From a virus (taxonomy: Duplodnaviria; Heunggongvirae; Uroviricota; Caudoviricetes): a stretch of 64,000 bases of DNA. Positions 43,690-53,615 of this stretch are shown here, in pieces (within the stretch, counting starts at the first letter, position 1; every line of letters starts with the position of its first letter). The DNA is taken from positions 6,644 through 70,643 of the IMG/VR virus record IMGVR_UViG_3300013102_000003, one strand, 5' to 3'. The notes under the pieces are model-generated. The model did no database searches. It had not been told where the DNA came from and saw nothing but the letters and a program-made list of their open reading frames with translations. Both the position numbers and the translations under genes were made by a program.

Positions 43690-43950
43690 ATGTCGCACAA
43701 TTTTCTAGTACACTACCAGTTTGCATTCCCCAAGAGTGATCTCCGACCGGAAGATCAGCGCTGGGGCAGCGGGTCCATCCCTATCAACACGGATAAGGAA
43801 CCGAAGACTGAAGAAGAGTTCTTGGAGATCGCAAGGACCATCGGCCATCAGGGAGGCTACGAGCGCGTAGCCATCACCAAGATCGACCCGACTGATCACT
43901 TCATTGAAGATACCGGAGAAATCCTCGAAGGTCTCATCGTCAATGACTAA
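43690..43950 (+). CDS. Hypothetical protein (86 aa)
   Basis: RBS aaaggacatctATG. Confidence 0.4.
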   Translation: MSHNFLVHYQFAFPKSDLRPEDQRWGSGSIPINTDKEPKTEEEFLEIARTIGHQGGYERVAITKIDPTDHFIEDTGEILEGLIVND

Positions 43951-44371
43951 TGCTAACTGGATAGCTGACGCGCCTTGCGCCCTGCCTCAGACGACGAATG
44001 ATGCTGAAGAACCTCGAATGCTCGACTTCTACAGCAACGATTCGGAAGAAAAGGTCAGGGCCAAGGCCGTCTGCGGTGAATGCCCCTTTAAACTACAATG
44101 CCTGCAACTGGCCCTCAACAACCACGAACGCTGGGGCATCCACGGAGGTGCCGACGAGACCGAGCTACGCCGCGTACAAGCCATCAACTCACTTGGTGAG
44201 GCTCACGTGTCCAAGCTGGGTCCGATCCGCTGCCCAAACTGTGGCCCCTACTCCACCAAAAATCTAGACATCATCGAACGTAAGCGAACCCGTACGCACA
44301 TCAAGTGCACCGTCTGCGGGATCGACTGGGTTGCCCGGAAATCGATCAACAACAAGCGTAGTAACTGGTAG
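43944..44371 (+). CDS. WhiB-family Fe-S transcription regulator with C-terminal zinc-ribbon extension
   Basis: Four Cys (APC…VCGEC…LQC) and a GIHGG turn (the WhiB G[VI]WGG equivalent). An extra CPNCGP…CTVCG ribbon is present. Start is ATG 43944 (ATGA overlap). Confidence 0.6.
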
Positions 44372-44376
44372 GACGT

Positions 44377-44404
44377 TGACTTAACTCATATCCTGCCGTA
44401 CAAT
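44377..44404 (+). promoter_or_regulatory. Promoter (TTGACT-16-TACAAT)
   Basis: ttgacttaactcatatcctgccgtacaat. Confidence 0.45.
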
Positions 44405-44434
44405 GTAACATACAAGTACAAGAAAAGGCAGCAT

Positions 44435-46531
44435 ATGAGCACAACTAAATGGAATGACATCTTCGCGCCAGTCATGGCGCTGGGGAGAGAGACGCGTGAA
44501 GGACAGACCCAGCTTGGGCAGGCCGTCATCAACGCCGTTGAAACCAAATCAAACCTCGTGGCTGAGGCGAGCACTGGCACGGGAAAATCATTCGCGTCAC
44601 TGATTCCTCTCATCCACCAGATCCAGACGGCCAAGAAACACAAGAAGCCCTACCGAGCCATCGTCTCCACTGAGACCCTGATCCTCCAGAAGCAGCTTAT
44701 CGAGAAGGATCTTCCCTTCCTCTCTACACTATACAAGGGATTCACTTACCGCAAGCTTATGGGCCGGAGCAATTACCTGTGCTTCGAAGTAGCCAAGAGC
44801 GCCGCCGTGGGTGACATTCAGATGAACCACATTGTGGAGAAGCTGAAGACACGCCAGTCCAGCATTGAGCACGGTGAAAAGGGAGAGATTGAGCGCATCA
44901 TTGGACGCGCCCTGACCCCCGACCAGTGGAGCAAGATTGCCTCATCGTCCAGCTTTTGCCCGGACAACCAGTGCAGCACCGAGAAGTGCTACAGCACTCT
45001 GGCCCGTGAGCGTGCCAAGGCCGCTGACCTTGTGGTAGTGAACCATGCCATCCTCGCCACCGACCTTGAAATGAAGGCCGGTGACCCGCTGGCAGATGGT
45101 ATGCTGGGGCAGTTCGAAGCCCTCGTGGTCGATGAAGGCCACCAGCTAGAGCCGGTACTGGTCAGCCAATGGACCAAGGAGTTCTCCGAGTGGGAACTGA
45201 CCACCAAGGCAGCTTCCGTACAGCAGGGCGTCGAGGACGCCAAGGGCATCGTTGCCAACCACGAAATCGGCAAGATCGCCAACGACTCCATGGAGGAACT
45301 TCGGGCCTTGCTGGCGAACGTCAAGAGCTTCTACATGCTTTTGGGCGAAAAGGCAAATCAGGAGTGGCAGAACTCGTCAACGTCCTTGTCCCTGAAGACC
45401 GTACGCGGCGCTGTAACGGGTCCGTTGCTCTACGCCATGAATGAGTTCGAGAACGAGAATCCGGGCCGTCTGGTACGTGCTGAGAAGTCTCTGGAGGCCA
45501 TCTCCGCGTACCTGTCCAAGGTGGTCATCAAGGCCATTGATGAGAAGATCAAGGGTGTCCGTAAAATCCGCAAGGGTTACACCGCCGCTAGGGAAATGCT
45601 GGAAATCGTCCAGATCATCTCTAAGGCTCTCGAAACCAATGACGGCATCATTCAGGCCTACGGCACCTACGGGGCGCTTGTGGACGGCTGGGAGAAGCGT
45701 GACGGTACCTCAGGCATGACAATCCGTCTGGTCCCGCTGGATGTCTCCACACGTGCCAAGGCGCTCTGGGGTAAAGAAGGCGGGCAGACCAACATCCTGC
45801 TCTCTGCCACCCTGACTGACCTGACTGACGGCTCTTTCCGCTACGCACGTGAGTGTGTCGGATTCCCCGCTGGCCCGGAACTTCGGGTAGGCTCAGCATT
45901 TGATATGGCCCAGCAGCAGCTTGTGTACATCACACCGGCCAACCGGAAGAGGGAGGAAGGGGCGCAGTACAGTTTCTCGGAACTGCTGGATCTGATCATG
46001 GCCGCACGCGGTCGCTCACTGGTCCTCTTCACGTCGCGTAAGGAACTTGATCATGCCACCGAGCAGCTTCAGTTCATGCGCAACATGGGAAGCTTCCCGT
46101 ACCAGCTTCTGGTACAGACCAAGGACGCTGACAAGCAGATGCTCATGGATCAGTTCAAGTCCGACACGGCGTCGGTACTTCTGGCAACCAAGTCATTCTT
46201 CGTGGGCATCGACGTTCCCGGCGAAGCCCTGTCCCATCTCGCCCTTGCCAAGTGGCCCAATGCCCGCTATGATGCTCTGTGCAAACAGCAGATCGTCCAC
46301 TGGCGTGCCCGTGGCTTCCCACGGTGGTACGAACGCGAGTCGCTGACCCTCTTCGGGCAGGCGTCTGGCCGTCTCATCCGTTCCTCAGGTTGCAAAGGCG
46401 TCGTTTCTCTGCTAGACTTTAGGGCAAACGACGCGGATAGCAACGTCTTCAAGACGGCAAAGCTGGGCGTCACGACGCTTGGCTCTCCGATCACACAGGA
46501 CATTGCCGCAGTCAAAGCATTTCTATCCTAA
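44435..46531 (+). CDS. DinG/Rad3-family ATP-dependent helicase
   Basis: Motif I EASTGTGKSFASLIP, DEGH box VVDEGHQL, C-terminal helicase motifs. 698 aa. Confidence 0.7.
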   Translation: MSTTKWNDIFAPVMALGRETREGQTQLGQAVINAVETKSNLVAEASTGTGKSFASLIPLIHQIQTAKKHKKPYRAIVSTETLILQKQLIEKDLPFLSTLYKGFTYRKLMGRSNYLCFEVAKSAAVGDIQMNHIVEKLKTRQSSIEHGEKGEIERIIGRALTPDQWSKIASSSSFCPDNQCSTEKCYSTLARERAKAADLVVVNHAILATDLEMKAGDPLADGMLGQFEALVVDEGHQLEPVLVSQWTKEFSEWELTTKAASVQQGVEDAKGIVANHEIGKIANDSMEELRALLANVKSFYMLLGEKANQEWQNSSTSLSLKTVRGAVTGPLLYAMNEFENENPGRLVRAEKSLEAISAYLSKVVIKAIDEKIKGVRKIRKGYTAAREMLEIVQIISKALETNDGIIQAYGTYGALVDGWEKRDGTSGMTIRLVPLDVSTRAKALWGKEGGQTNILLSATLTDLTDGSFRYARECVGFPAGPELRVGSAFDMAQQQLVYITPANRKREEGAQYSFSELLDLIMAARGRSLVLFTSRKELDHATEQLQFMRNMGSFPYQLLVQTKDADKQMLMDQFKSDTASVLLATKSFFVGIDVPGEALSHLALAKWPNARYDALCKQQIVHWRARGFPRWYERESLTLFGQASGRLIRSSGCKGVVSLLDFRANDADSNVFKTAKLGVTTLGSPITQDIAAVKAFLS

Positions 46532-46543
46532 GGACAAAATCAA

Positions 46544-47698
46544 TTGAAGCTATCAGATCTGACCGGACAGGTCAAGATCTCTGCTCACCACGCCAGAACA
46601 TTCGTCTCCACGTGGTTCGCACCTGAGGACAAATTTGTCATTGTCGGGCGTAGGACAGAGAAAACCGGCAAGCACGATACACTATCACAGTCGATGTTGG
46701 CAAAGGATTTTGCTGGCATGGACGACGAGACCCTTGAAAGCATGATCTTCGATGAGGACGGCGGCAAGTGGAACCTCTACTTCGGCGTCTGTCCAATTCT
46801 GGAGGACGTGGACTACAACAAGCGCGGCACCGAGGACAACATTGACTATGTCACGGGGGTCTGGGCCGATATTGACATCAAGCCCAAGGGATTCGAGACA
46901 CAGGAAGACATCATCCAATACCTGTTCGGACTGACCCTGCACCCTACGATGGTGGTAGGGTCAGGTTCGGGAGGTGTCCACGCCTACTGGAAGCTCTCAG
47001 AGGGCGAACGCGGAACCAAGGAACTGGTGGACCGCTGGTGGTGCTACCTTGATGAAGCTGCCGGTGAGCGCAAGATCGACAAGCTGGTGGACCTCACTCG
47101 TATCCTCCGTATGCCCGGATCGGTGTACTTCCCCAAGGCTGACACGGCTTCCAAGGTGGGCAAGGTGGAGATCCTGTACAAGATCGACAACACCTACACC
47201 ATTGAGGAAATCCATTCCATCTCCGCAGAGGCCTTCACGGTCAAACATAACCGGCGCAAGGCCGTCATCACCAAGGACGCCAACGCACGTCTGGAGATGG
47301 ACGGGTTCGCCCGCAACGCCCTCAAGGAACGCAGCGACAACTACTGGAGGCTGCTCCGTGCCATCTCCGAACTGGAGGACTACGTCAACAAGCAGATGTC
47401 GTGGGCCGAGATTCTGGAACCCTACGGGTGGACGTGGCAGCGGACTCTTCGGGATGGCTCCAACGAGTGGGCCAGACCGGGACGCAACGAACGCAGCGCC
47501 GTCGTGGATTACGAGGACTCCCCTGTGATGTCCCTGCTGTCTATGGCGGATGAGACAGGTCTGAGCGACCTGAAGGACGCGGGAATCCCGCTGACCAAGT
47601 TCCGAGTGCTCAGGCGACTGAGGTTCGATGACAACGACGACCCTATGCCCATGCTCAACTGGGTCATCCAGCGCATGGAAGCGGACGGATTTTTCTAA
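46544..47698 (+). CDS. Archaeo-eukaryotic-type primase-polymerase (Prim-Pol) domain protein
   Basis: VWADIDIK (DxD), GSGSGGVHAYW, LRMPGSVYFPK are the three Prim-Pol catalytic motifs in order. Confidence 0.6.
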   Translation: MKLSDLTGQVKISAHHARTFVSTWFAPEDKFVIVGRRTEKTGKHDTLSQSMLAKDFAGMDDETLESMIFDEDGGKWNLYFGVCPILEDVDYNKRGTEDNIDYVTGVWADIDIKPKGFETQEDIIQYLFGLTLHPTMVVGSGSGGVHAYWKLSEGERGTKELVDRWWCYLDEAAGERKIDKLVDLTRILRMPGSVYFPKADTASKVGKVEILYKIDNTYTIEEIHSISAEAFTVKHNRRKAVITKDANARLEMDGFARNALKERSDNYWRLLRAISELEDYVNKQMSWAEILEPYGWTWQRTLRDGSNEWARPGRNERSAVVDYEDSPVMSLLSMADETGLSDLKDAGIPLTKFRVLRRLRFDDNDDPMPMLNWVIQRMEADGFF

Positions 47699-47989
47699 GA
47701 GAGAGGAAACAACATCAGCAAACTGTACGACCTAGCCCTGTACGTCTACCTGTATACGTGGATCGTCATCGACCACAAAGTGGATGAGTACATGGACTAC
47801 CGACGTAACGTGAAGTTCTTCCGGGAACAGAAGCGCACCTTCCGATGACGAACGCCCTCCTGCCTTGTGCGGGAGGGTTTCGTCGTTTCAACCCAACTAT
47901 GATAGGCTATACCCATTTACAAAACAAGAGGCCACGGCGGACCAGATCTCCGTGGAAACAGCAAAGACCGCAAAGCCCGCAAGCTCTGG

Positions 47990-48229
47990 ATGCTGGAGCA
48001 CTTCGGGGACGGGGAAACAGTTCCCTGCTCCTTCGAGGACTGTGACGCAATTCTCACCTATGAGACCGTCACGGCAGACCGCTACCCGTTATCCGGCAAA
48101 GAGGGTGGACGGTACATTCGATCCAACATCCGGCCCGCTTGCAGCTTCTGCAACTCATCCGATGGTCAGCGAGTCAAGGATCTGGATCTTCCGCCGCTTG
48201 AGGCTGGGCCTACGGGACTCACATGGTAA
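47990..48229 (+). CDS. Small HNH-like endonuclease
   Basis: CSFEDC…GGRYIRSNIRPACSFCN Cys-pair/Asn architecture. 79 aa. Confidence 0.4.
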   Translation: MLEHFGDGETVPCSFEDCDAILTYETVTADRYPLSGKEGGRYIRSNIRPACSFCNSSDGQRVKDLDLPPLEAGPTGLTW

Positions 48230-48264
48230 GCCCCAGCTAGATTTCTCCTCAAAAGTATGGTATC

Positions 48265-48663
48265 ATGGAGAGTCACCAAAGACAAGAACTAACCAAAGAA
48301 ATTTTAGGAACTACAATGAACGACTTCAAACCCAAAGCAGATTACGCCCCCAACGAGAAGAAGGTGTGGCGACCGGAAGAGGTCGAGTTCGTCCCGACTC
48401 CCGTTGGTAAGCCTGAAGGTGTATACTTTATTGCCATCGAAGAGCTTCAGGGCGCTTGGATCGACAATGAGTGGGAAGAGGCTGACGGCGACGAGACGTG
48501 GACCGAGACCTACACCGACAAAGAAGGCAACTTCATCACCCGAGTCATCGAGAAGCGCATTCCCCGCTCCCGCAGATATGTCCTGAAGAAGTTCAACGAA
48601 AACGGAAAAGCAGAGAACGCATTCTCATCCGGTTACGCTGGACCTCGTCAGTACCAAAAGTAA
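48265..48663 (+). CDS. Hypothetical protein (132 aa)
   Basis: Preceded by a tggtatcat promoter-like element. Confidence 0.4.
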   Translation: MESHQRQELTKEILGTTMNDFKPKADYAPNEKKVWRPEEVEFVPTPVGKPEGVYFIAIEELQGAWIDNEWEEADGDETWTETYTDKEGNFITRVIEKRIPRSRRYVLKKFNENGKAENAFSSGYAGPRQYQK

Positions 48664-48710
48664 AACGTCGAACGACAGGTAAATATGAGTACAAATACAA
48701 AAGGTAGACT

Positions 48711-50378
48711 ATGGGAGAAAAAGAAATTCTGGACAAGCTCTATCAGGAGCTTCGCCTAGACCTGTGGTGGCAGGAACTCCTTGCCCAGAAGGACCCTCGA
48801 TTCGAGACGTTCGATCTGGACAAGGCCATCGATTCGCTTCCGCGAACGGAAGTGAAGGCAGCTAAGGCTGTCAGCAATAAATTCAGGCACATCCTCTCCT
48901 TCAATGAGGGGTCCAAGCAGTGGTACATCTGGAACGGAACCATCCACGTTCCGTGCACGGGTGACGGCATCTCCATCAAGATCGCAAAGTTCTACTTTGA
49001 GGCCATGGCGGACGCACTGGACTTCTGCAAGGAGTACCTTGAATCCGAAGCCAAGAAGGTGGAAGCGTCCAACGCAACCGGTGCCAAGGATGAAGCCAAG
49101 AAGATCCGTGCCCAGTACGACAAGGGAGAGCTAGCCAAGCACAAGCGTTTCCGTGACCGTGTGTCCGGTGAGGCCGGTCTGACTGCCCTCTCGCGCATCA
49201 TGCGTACGGAGTGCGACGTGGACCCGAAGTACTTTGACAATGACCAGCAGTGGTTTGTCATGCGCAACATGGTCCTTGACCTCTTCGCCCTCAAGGAAGG
49301 CCGCTGGGAGATCCATGAGCACGACCCTAACCGGCCCGTGACCAAGTTCTTCGACGCTGACTACAAGCACGAGCACGAGCGCCTGAACCTTGGGCACTGG
49401 GACAACTTCCTGTTGTACTCCATCCCGGATGAGGAAGCCCGTAACTACCTCCAGAAGGTGGTTGGGGCGGCGTTCATGGGTGAGTCCAAGCTGCGTGCCA
49501 TCATGAACCTGCACGGCCCTCCGGGGTCCGGCAAGTCCGTGTTCATCAACACCTTCTTCAAGCTTGGTAAGGAGGGAGCAGGATACGTCTGCATGCCTGA
49601 CTCCAAGTCCATTATCAAGGTGTCCGGACAGAACTTTGAGCAGGACTCATTCAAGGGCCGCAGATTCTACGGTATCTCGGAACCTCCGATGCATGACCCC
49701 ATCGACAACGAGTTCCTGAAGAAGCTGACCGGTGACGAATGGGTGGAGACCCGTACCCTGAACGTCCAGTCCGCTGGCTGGATTCCTCAGGGTGTGCCGT
49801 TCGTGGCGACCAACAAGCCCATGAAGATCAACACCCGTGATAAGGCCATTGTCGAACGCGTCCAGATGATTGAGTTCCCCGTGGAGTTCGAGTATGATCA
49901 TCCGGACCCTGCCCGACGCAAGATCAAGGGCCTTGAGGAACTGATTATGGCTGACAGTGAACGTGTGCTAGAGTGGGTAATTCAAGGCATGCGACGTTAC
50001 GTCACACTAGACAACCGTCAGCTAACACCGCCACAGTCCGTAGTGGATCTCCAGACAAGCGTCGTCATGGAGGCGTCAACAGCCCTTCGTTGGGTTGACG
50101 AGTTCCAAGAAGACGGACTTCTTATGGTAGACTTTGAGTCTCCCGAAGAGTACTTCCTTCCAGTGAAGGACGCCTACCAGCGTTACCAGAACTGGATCGT
50201 AATGTCCGGAGAGAAGCACCCGCTGACTATGAAGTTCTTCAAGCAGGATATTGAAAACCGCTTTGATGGATCTGTAAGAGTTGGTGGAGTGCACCGTTTC
50301 AAGGGTTTGACTGTCACACCCGAGTTCCGGAGAATCCACGGCGGAAATGGAATCAACGCCATCATCAGCGGATTCTAA
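48711..50378 (+). CDS. SF3-type helicase / primase C-terminal domain (D5/P4-alpha-like) protein
   Basis: Walker A NLHGPPGSGKSVF and Walker B-like motifs about 40 aa downstream. 555 aa with an N-terminal D5_N-like region. Confidence 0.55.
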   Translation: MGEKEILDKLYQELRLDLWWQELLAQKDPRFETFDLDKAIDSLPRTEVKAAKAVSNKFRHILSFNEGSKQWYIWNGTIHVPCTGDGISIKIAKFYFEAMADALDFCKEYLESEAKKVEASNATGAKDEAKKIRAQYDKGELAKHKRFRDRVSGEAGLTALSRIMRTECDVDPKYFDNDQQWFVMRNMVLDLFALKEGRWEIHEHDPNRPVTKFFDADYKHEHERLNLGHWDNFLLYSIPDEEARNYLQKVVGAAFMGESKLRAIMNLHGPPGSGKSVFINTFFKLGKEGAGYVCMPDSKSIIKVSGQNFEQDSFKGRRFYGISEPPMHDPIDNEFLKKLTGDEWVETRTLNVQSAGWIPQGVPFVATNKPMKINTRDKAIVERVQMIEFPVEFEYDHPDPARRKIKGLEELIMADSERVLEWVIQGMRRYVTLDNRQLTPPQSVVDLQTSVVMEASTALRWVDEFQEDGLLMVDFESPEEYFLPVKDAYQRYQNWIVMSGEKHPLTMKFFKQDIENRFDGSVRVGGVHRFKGLTVTPEFRRIHGGNGINAIISGF

Positions 50379-50462
50379 GGTAATGCCCTGCTTGTCGGGG
50401 CATTTCCTGTATGCAAAACAAAAACCCCTACTAAAGCACTAAACTGAAAGAGAGCACTATTA

Positions 50463-50750
50463 ATGTCTGAACTGTCTGGCGAAAAGATCGAGGAACTTCT
50501 GTGGGAAGCTGGCTGCGAAGTCGAGCACGACGGAGGGCTGGAAGAGATCAGTCCGATCAAGGTGACGGTAGGGGACACCGTTGTACTGATCTCTGAAGCA
50601 TGGTTCGAAGAGGGCGACTGGTTCGCTGACACCGAAACCCTTGTGCTGGAGAAACTGGAGTATGGCGAGAAGGTTGACGAAGACCTCGCAGTATGCAATA
50701 CTGAAGAGGAACTTGTAGAACACATTCTCAAACTCGGAGGCGAAGATTAA
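50463..50750 (+). CDS. Acidic hypothetical protein (95 aa)
   Basis: ORF with a plausible start. No family recognised. Confidence 0.35.
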   Translation: MSELSGEKIEELLWEAGCEVEHDGGLEEISPIKVTVGDTVVLISEAWFEEGDWFADTETLVLEKLEYGEKVDEDLAVCNTEEELVEHILKLGGED

Positions 50751-51012
50751 AGGAAACACAGTACGCATCAGTCCTAAGTTCCCACTGCCTAGCGGCTATG
50801 ACCGCATCGGCACGGTGCTGGCGGAAACTGAACTCGTCGTGGCCGTGAAGTTCGAAGGTCAGGATGTACCAGTCCTGATCCGCAAACCCTATGCCGCAAC
50901 GGTGGCAACACCGATAGCCGAAACCCGGCCTTAGACTAGGGTTGACACAGGAACCAACCTCCTGTAGTCTTTATACATCAAGACAAACCAACCACTTGAA
51001 AGGACAAAGACA

Positions 51013-51393
51013 ATGGCAGCAAAGACCAAGACCGAGAAGTCAGTCTCCCTCGCTGAAGAAGCGGCGGCAGTAAAGGCGGAACAGAAGCGGCCCACCGCAC
51101 CGATTTCGGCCTCCGGACTGAAGAAGGTCCAGCGGGTTCACCACCTCAAGGAGCAGATGGCACCGCTTCTGGCCGAGATCGAAATGATCAAGGGCGACAT
51201 CTACAGCGAGATGGACAAGCGCGGCGTCGATGTCCTGACCCGCAAGGGCGTGGAGATCGTCTCCCGTGACCGGGTGGAGGGCGAAGAGTGGAACAAGAAG
51301 GCCATCAAGGACATGTTCCCCGAAGTCGTCGTCCAGTTCGTGGTCGAGAAGATCTCGTACCGGATCAACTGGAAGAACCCCTTCAACCTCTAA
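51013..51393 (+). CDS. Hypothetical protein (126 aa)
   Basis: RBS aaaggacaaagacaATG. Confidence 0.4.
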   Translation: MAAKTKTEKSVSLAEEAAAVKAEQKRPTAPISASGLKKVQRVHHLKEQMAPLLAEIEMIKGDIYSEMDKRGVDVLTRKGVEIVSRDRVEGEEWNKKAIKDMFPEVVVQFVVEKISYRINWKNPFNL

Positions 51394-51450
51394 CCACGAG
51401 GGAGGTAGTCACCCGGCTACCTCCCTCAACCATGCAAAGAAAAGGACCAC

Positions 51451-51669
51451 GTGTACAAAGCACTAAAGGATCAGATTGACCTGACCCTCAGCAACATCGA
51501 CCACGGCACCATCGGGCGAGAGGACCGTGTCTTCCTGACCCATCTGCTGGAAGAGATTCACAGTTCCCTGTCCACCGTGGAGACAAACAAGCAGATCGAC
51601 GTGGCGGATGCCTACTTTGATGTGCTAGGCTCCACTCAGGAACTCATCGAAGACGGGTTGGGAGACTGA
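51451..51669 (+). CDS. Hypothetical protein (72 aa)
   Basis: RBS aaaggaccacgtgt. Confidence 0.35.
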   Translation: MYKALKDQIDLTLSNIDHGTIGREDRVFLTHLLEEIHSSLSTVETNKQIDVADAYFDVLGSTQELIEDGLGD

Positions 51670-51974
51670 TGACCGCACCAGTAGCCCCGCTACCACCACC
51701 GCCCGCCGCCTACATGACACATGTACCGGGCAGGGCCAAGATCTTCAAGCCCCACACCAACATCGGACACGTCAAGAACGCGATTCGGAGCAGCCTGAGT
51801 AGCCGATCTGATAAGATCATGTATGCCTACGAACTCAAAGACGGTGAATACGAAGTCATGTGGGTAGTCCCCATGAACAGCAGGCTTGAAGACCTCCCAT
51901 GGGACACCTACATCAGACCACCGTACGTACCTAACCCCAAGTGCTCGCATCCCGGATGTACCTGCAACAACTAG
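51669..51974 (+). CDS. Hypothetical protein (101 aa)
   Basis: ATGA-coupled. Confidence 0.35.
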   Translation: MTAPVAPLPPPPAAYMTHVPGRAKIFKPHTNIGHVKNAIRSSLSSRSDKIMYAYELKDGEYEVMWVVPMNSRLEDLPWDTYIRPPYVPNPKCSHPGCTCNN

Positions 51975-52078
51975 CTTGACACCAACACTCCCAGCGTGTT
52001 ATACTTAGTACGTTGGTAGCCGGTGAGGGAACTTCCTCCTAATCCTCATTGGCACAGATCCGGTTTGGTACCCGGATC

Positions 52079-52137
52079 GGGAGTCCCGCAGTCGAGCGAA
52101 AATGGGTTTCGACCCTAGCTCCTGCGGGACTCTTCTT
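52079..52137 (+). other. Large hairpin (11-bp stem, about 30-nt loop containing a T-arm-like gggtttcgaccc) followed by T-run
   Basis: gagtcccgcag…ctgcgggactc followed by ttcttttc. Confidence 0.4.
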
Positions 52138-52175
52138 TTCAGATCAATCACAATACACTATGCAAAGGAAATCAT

Positions 52176-52397
52176 TTGACCAAGCAGGACCTGACCCTTC
52201 ACCGCACCTCCGTCAAGCTGGTAGCAAACACCAGCAACTGGCGCAAAGTAGTCAAGGATCTCATCGGTGATGAGCCTGTCGGCTACGAGGAACGGTCCAA
52301 GAAGGACACACTCCGGAAGTTCCCCATCGTGGACATCTTCTCGGAGAGCAAAGATGCACTCGACCGCGTTTTGACCAAGGCAGCAGAAGTAGAGTAG
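52176..52397 (+). CDS. Hypothetical protein (73 aa)
   Basis: ORF directly upstream of the HslV-like gene. Confidence 0.35.
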   Translation: MTKQDLTLHRTSVKLVANTSNWRKVVKDLIGDEPVGYEERSKKDTLRKFPIVDIFSESKDALDRVLTKAAEVE

Positions 52398-52406
52398 GAT
52401 ACAGAC

Positions 52407-52940
52407 ATGACAACCATTATCGCTAAAGAGACCAACAAGGGTGTAGAGATCGCCTTTGACTCCCTGTGCACCGGATACGATTCCTTCGACCTCGACCAGA
52501 ACAAGGTCTTCGTCAACGCTGGCATGATCTTCGGTGTTGCCGGTCGCCTGCTGATCGCCACCGAACTCAAGCACGCTGACCTCCCCGCACCGCCCGCAGC
52601 CGGTATCGAGAAGTGGCTCACGTCACGGCTCATCCCGAAGATCCGCCAGATCCTCAACGAGATCGCACCGCGCCGCGACAGTGACGGCTTCGGCATGTCC
52701 ATTCTCGTGGTCATCCACGGCAAGGTCTACGAGATCTCCGGTGACACCGGCTGGCACCGCCGCAAGGACGGCCTGTACACTGTCGGCTCCGGAAGCCCCT
52801 ACGCCTTCGGCGTGATCGCAAACGGTGGCTCTGTCGGTGACGCGCTCCGTGTCGCGGCATCCGTCGATCCGGGAACCGGTGGACGGCTGACTGTCACCAC
52901 GGACAAGGAACTGCTTGACAACGCTGCACGAGTGCGCTAG
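52407..52940 (+). CDS. HslV/proteasome-beta-like Ntn-hydrolase peptidase
   Basis: N-terminus MTTIIAK (Thr right after Met, as in HslV TTIV). GSGSPYAFG matches HslV GSGGPYA. 177 aa. Confidence 0.55.
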   Translation: MTTIIAKETNKGVEIAFDSLCTGYDSFDLDQNKVFVNAGMIFGVAGRLLIATELKHADLPAPPAAGIEKWLTSRLIPKIRQILNEIAPRRDSDGFGMSILVVIHGKVYEISGDTGWHRRKDGLYTVGSGSPYAFGVIANGGSVGDALRVAASVDPGTGGRLTVTTDKELLDNAARVR

Positions 52941-52943
52941 GCT

Positions 52944-53159
52944 ATGAAGAAAGCAATCGCACTTGCGGGAGTAACCATCCTCTCGCTCCTTGCACTGACA
53001 GGGTGCCGGATTGACTCCGGGCAGACCTATGACGTGACACAGGGCGGAATGACAGAATTCAGGTACAAGTACGGCAGTGGAGAAATGCTGGACTGCTTGA
53101 AATTCTCAGACAAAATTACCTGCTGGATCTCCCCAGACCAAACTACGAGAGGCAAATAA
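52944..53159 (+). CDS. Small lipoprotein
   Basis: Signal peptide plus lipobox LALTGC. Confidence 0.45.
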   Translation: MKKAIALAGVTILSLLALTGCRIDSGQTYDVTQGGMTEFRYKYGSGEMLDCLKFSDKITCWISPDQTTRGK

Positions 53160-53162
53160 CAT

Positions 53163-53585
53163 ATGGGTTACAAGACAGACGCAGCAAAGGGCATCGGAGC
53201 AGGCTGGATTCTCCTGATCGTGCTGCTGGTGATCGGCGGACTCACGTCGGCTGGCATTTGGGGTTTCAATGTGCTAACCTCGAATGCGAAGGGTGCCGGT
53301 GACACGGTCATCAAGAACAACAGTGTGGCGAACCGCACCGAGAAGCAGGAAAAGTTCGAGAAGCTGTTCGCACAGGTCCAGACCAACAAGGATCTGGTTG
53401 CCCAGCACACCAAGACCGTTGAGGCCAACCCGACTGACAAGACCGCACAGCAGACCCTCTCCGGCGTCCAGAGCGCGTGTGCCGCCTCGGTCAACACGTA
53501 CAACGCTGAAGCCCGCAAGGTACTCTCGATGGACTGGAAGGCAGCAGACCTGCCCGACAGCCTCACCACTGCTGGCTGCAACTAA
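53163..53585 (+). CDS. Membrane protein (1 TM) with extracellular domain
   Basis: Hydrophobic GAGWILLIVLLVIGGLTSAGIWGF segment. Confidence 0.45.
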   Translation: MGYKTDAAKGIGAGWILLIVLLVIGGLTSAGIWGFNVLTSNAKGAGDTVIKNNSVANRTEKQEKFEKLFAQVQTNKDLVAQHTKTVEANPTDKTAQQTLSGVQSACAASVNTYNAEARKVLSMDWKAADLPDSLTTAGCN

Positions 53586-53615
53586 CACATAACAACTACA
53601 GGAAGAAGATAACTT

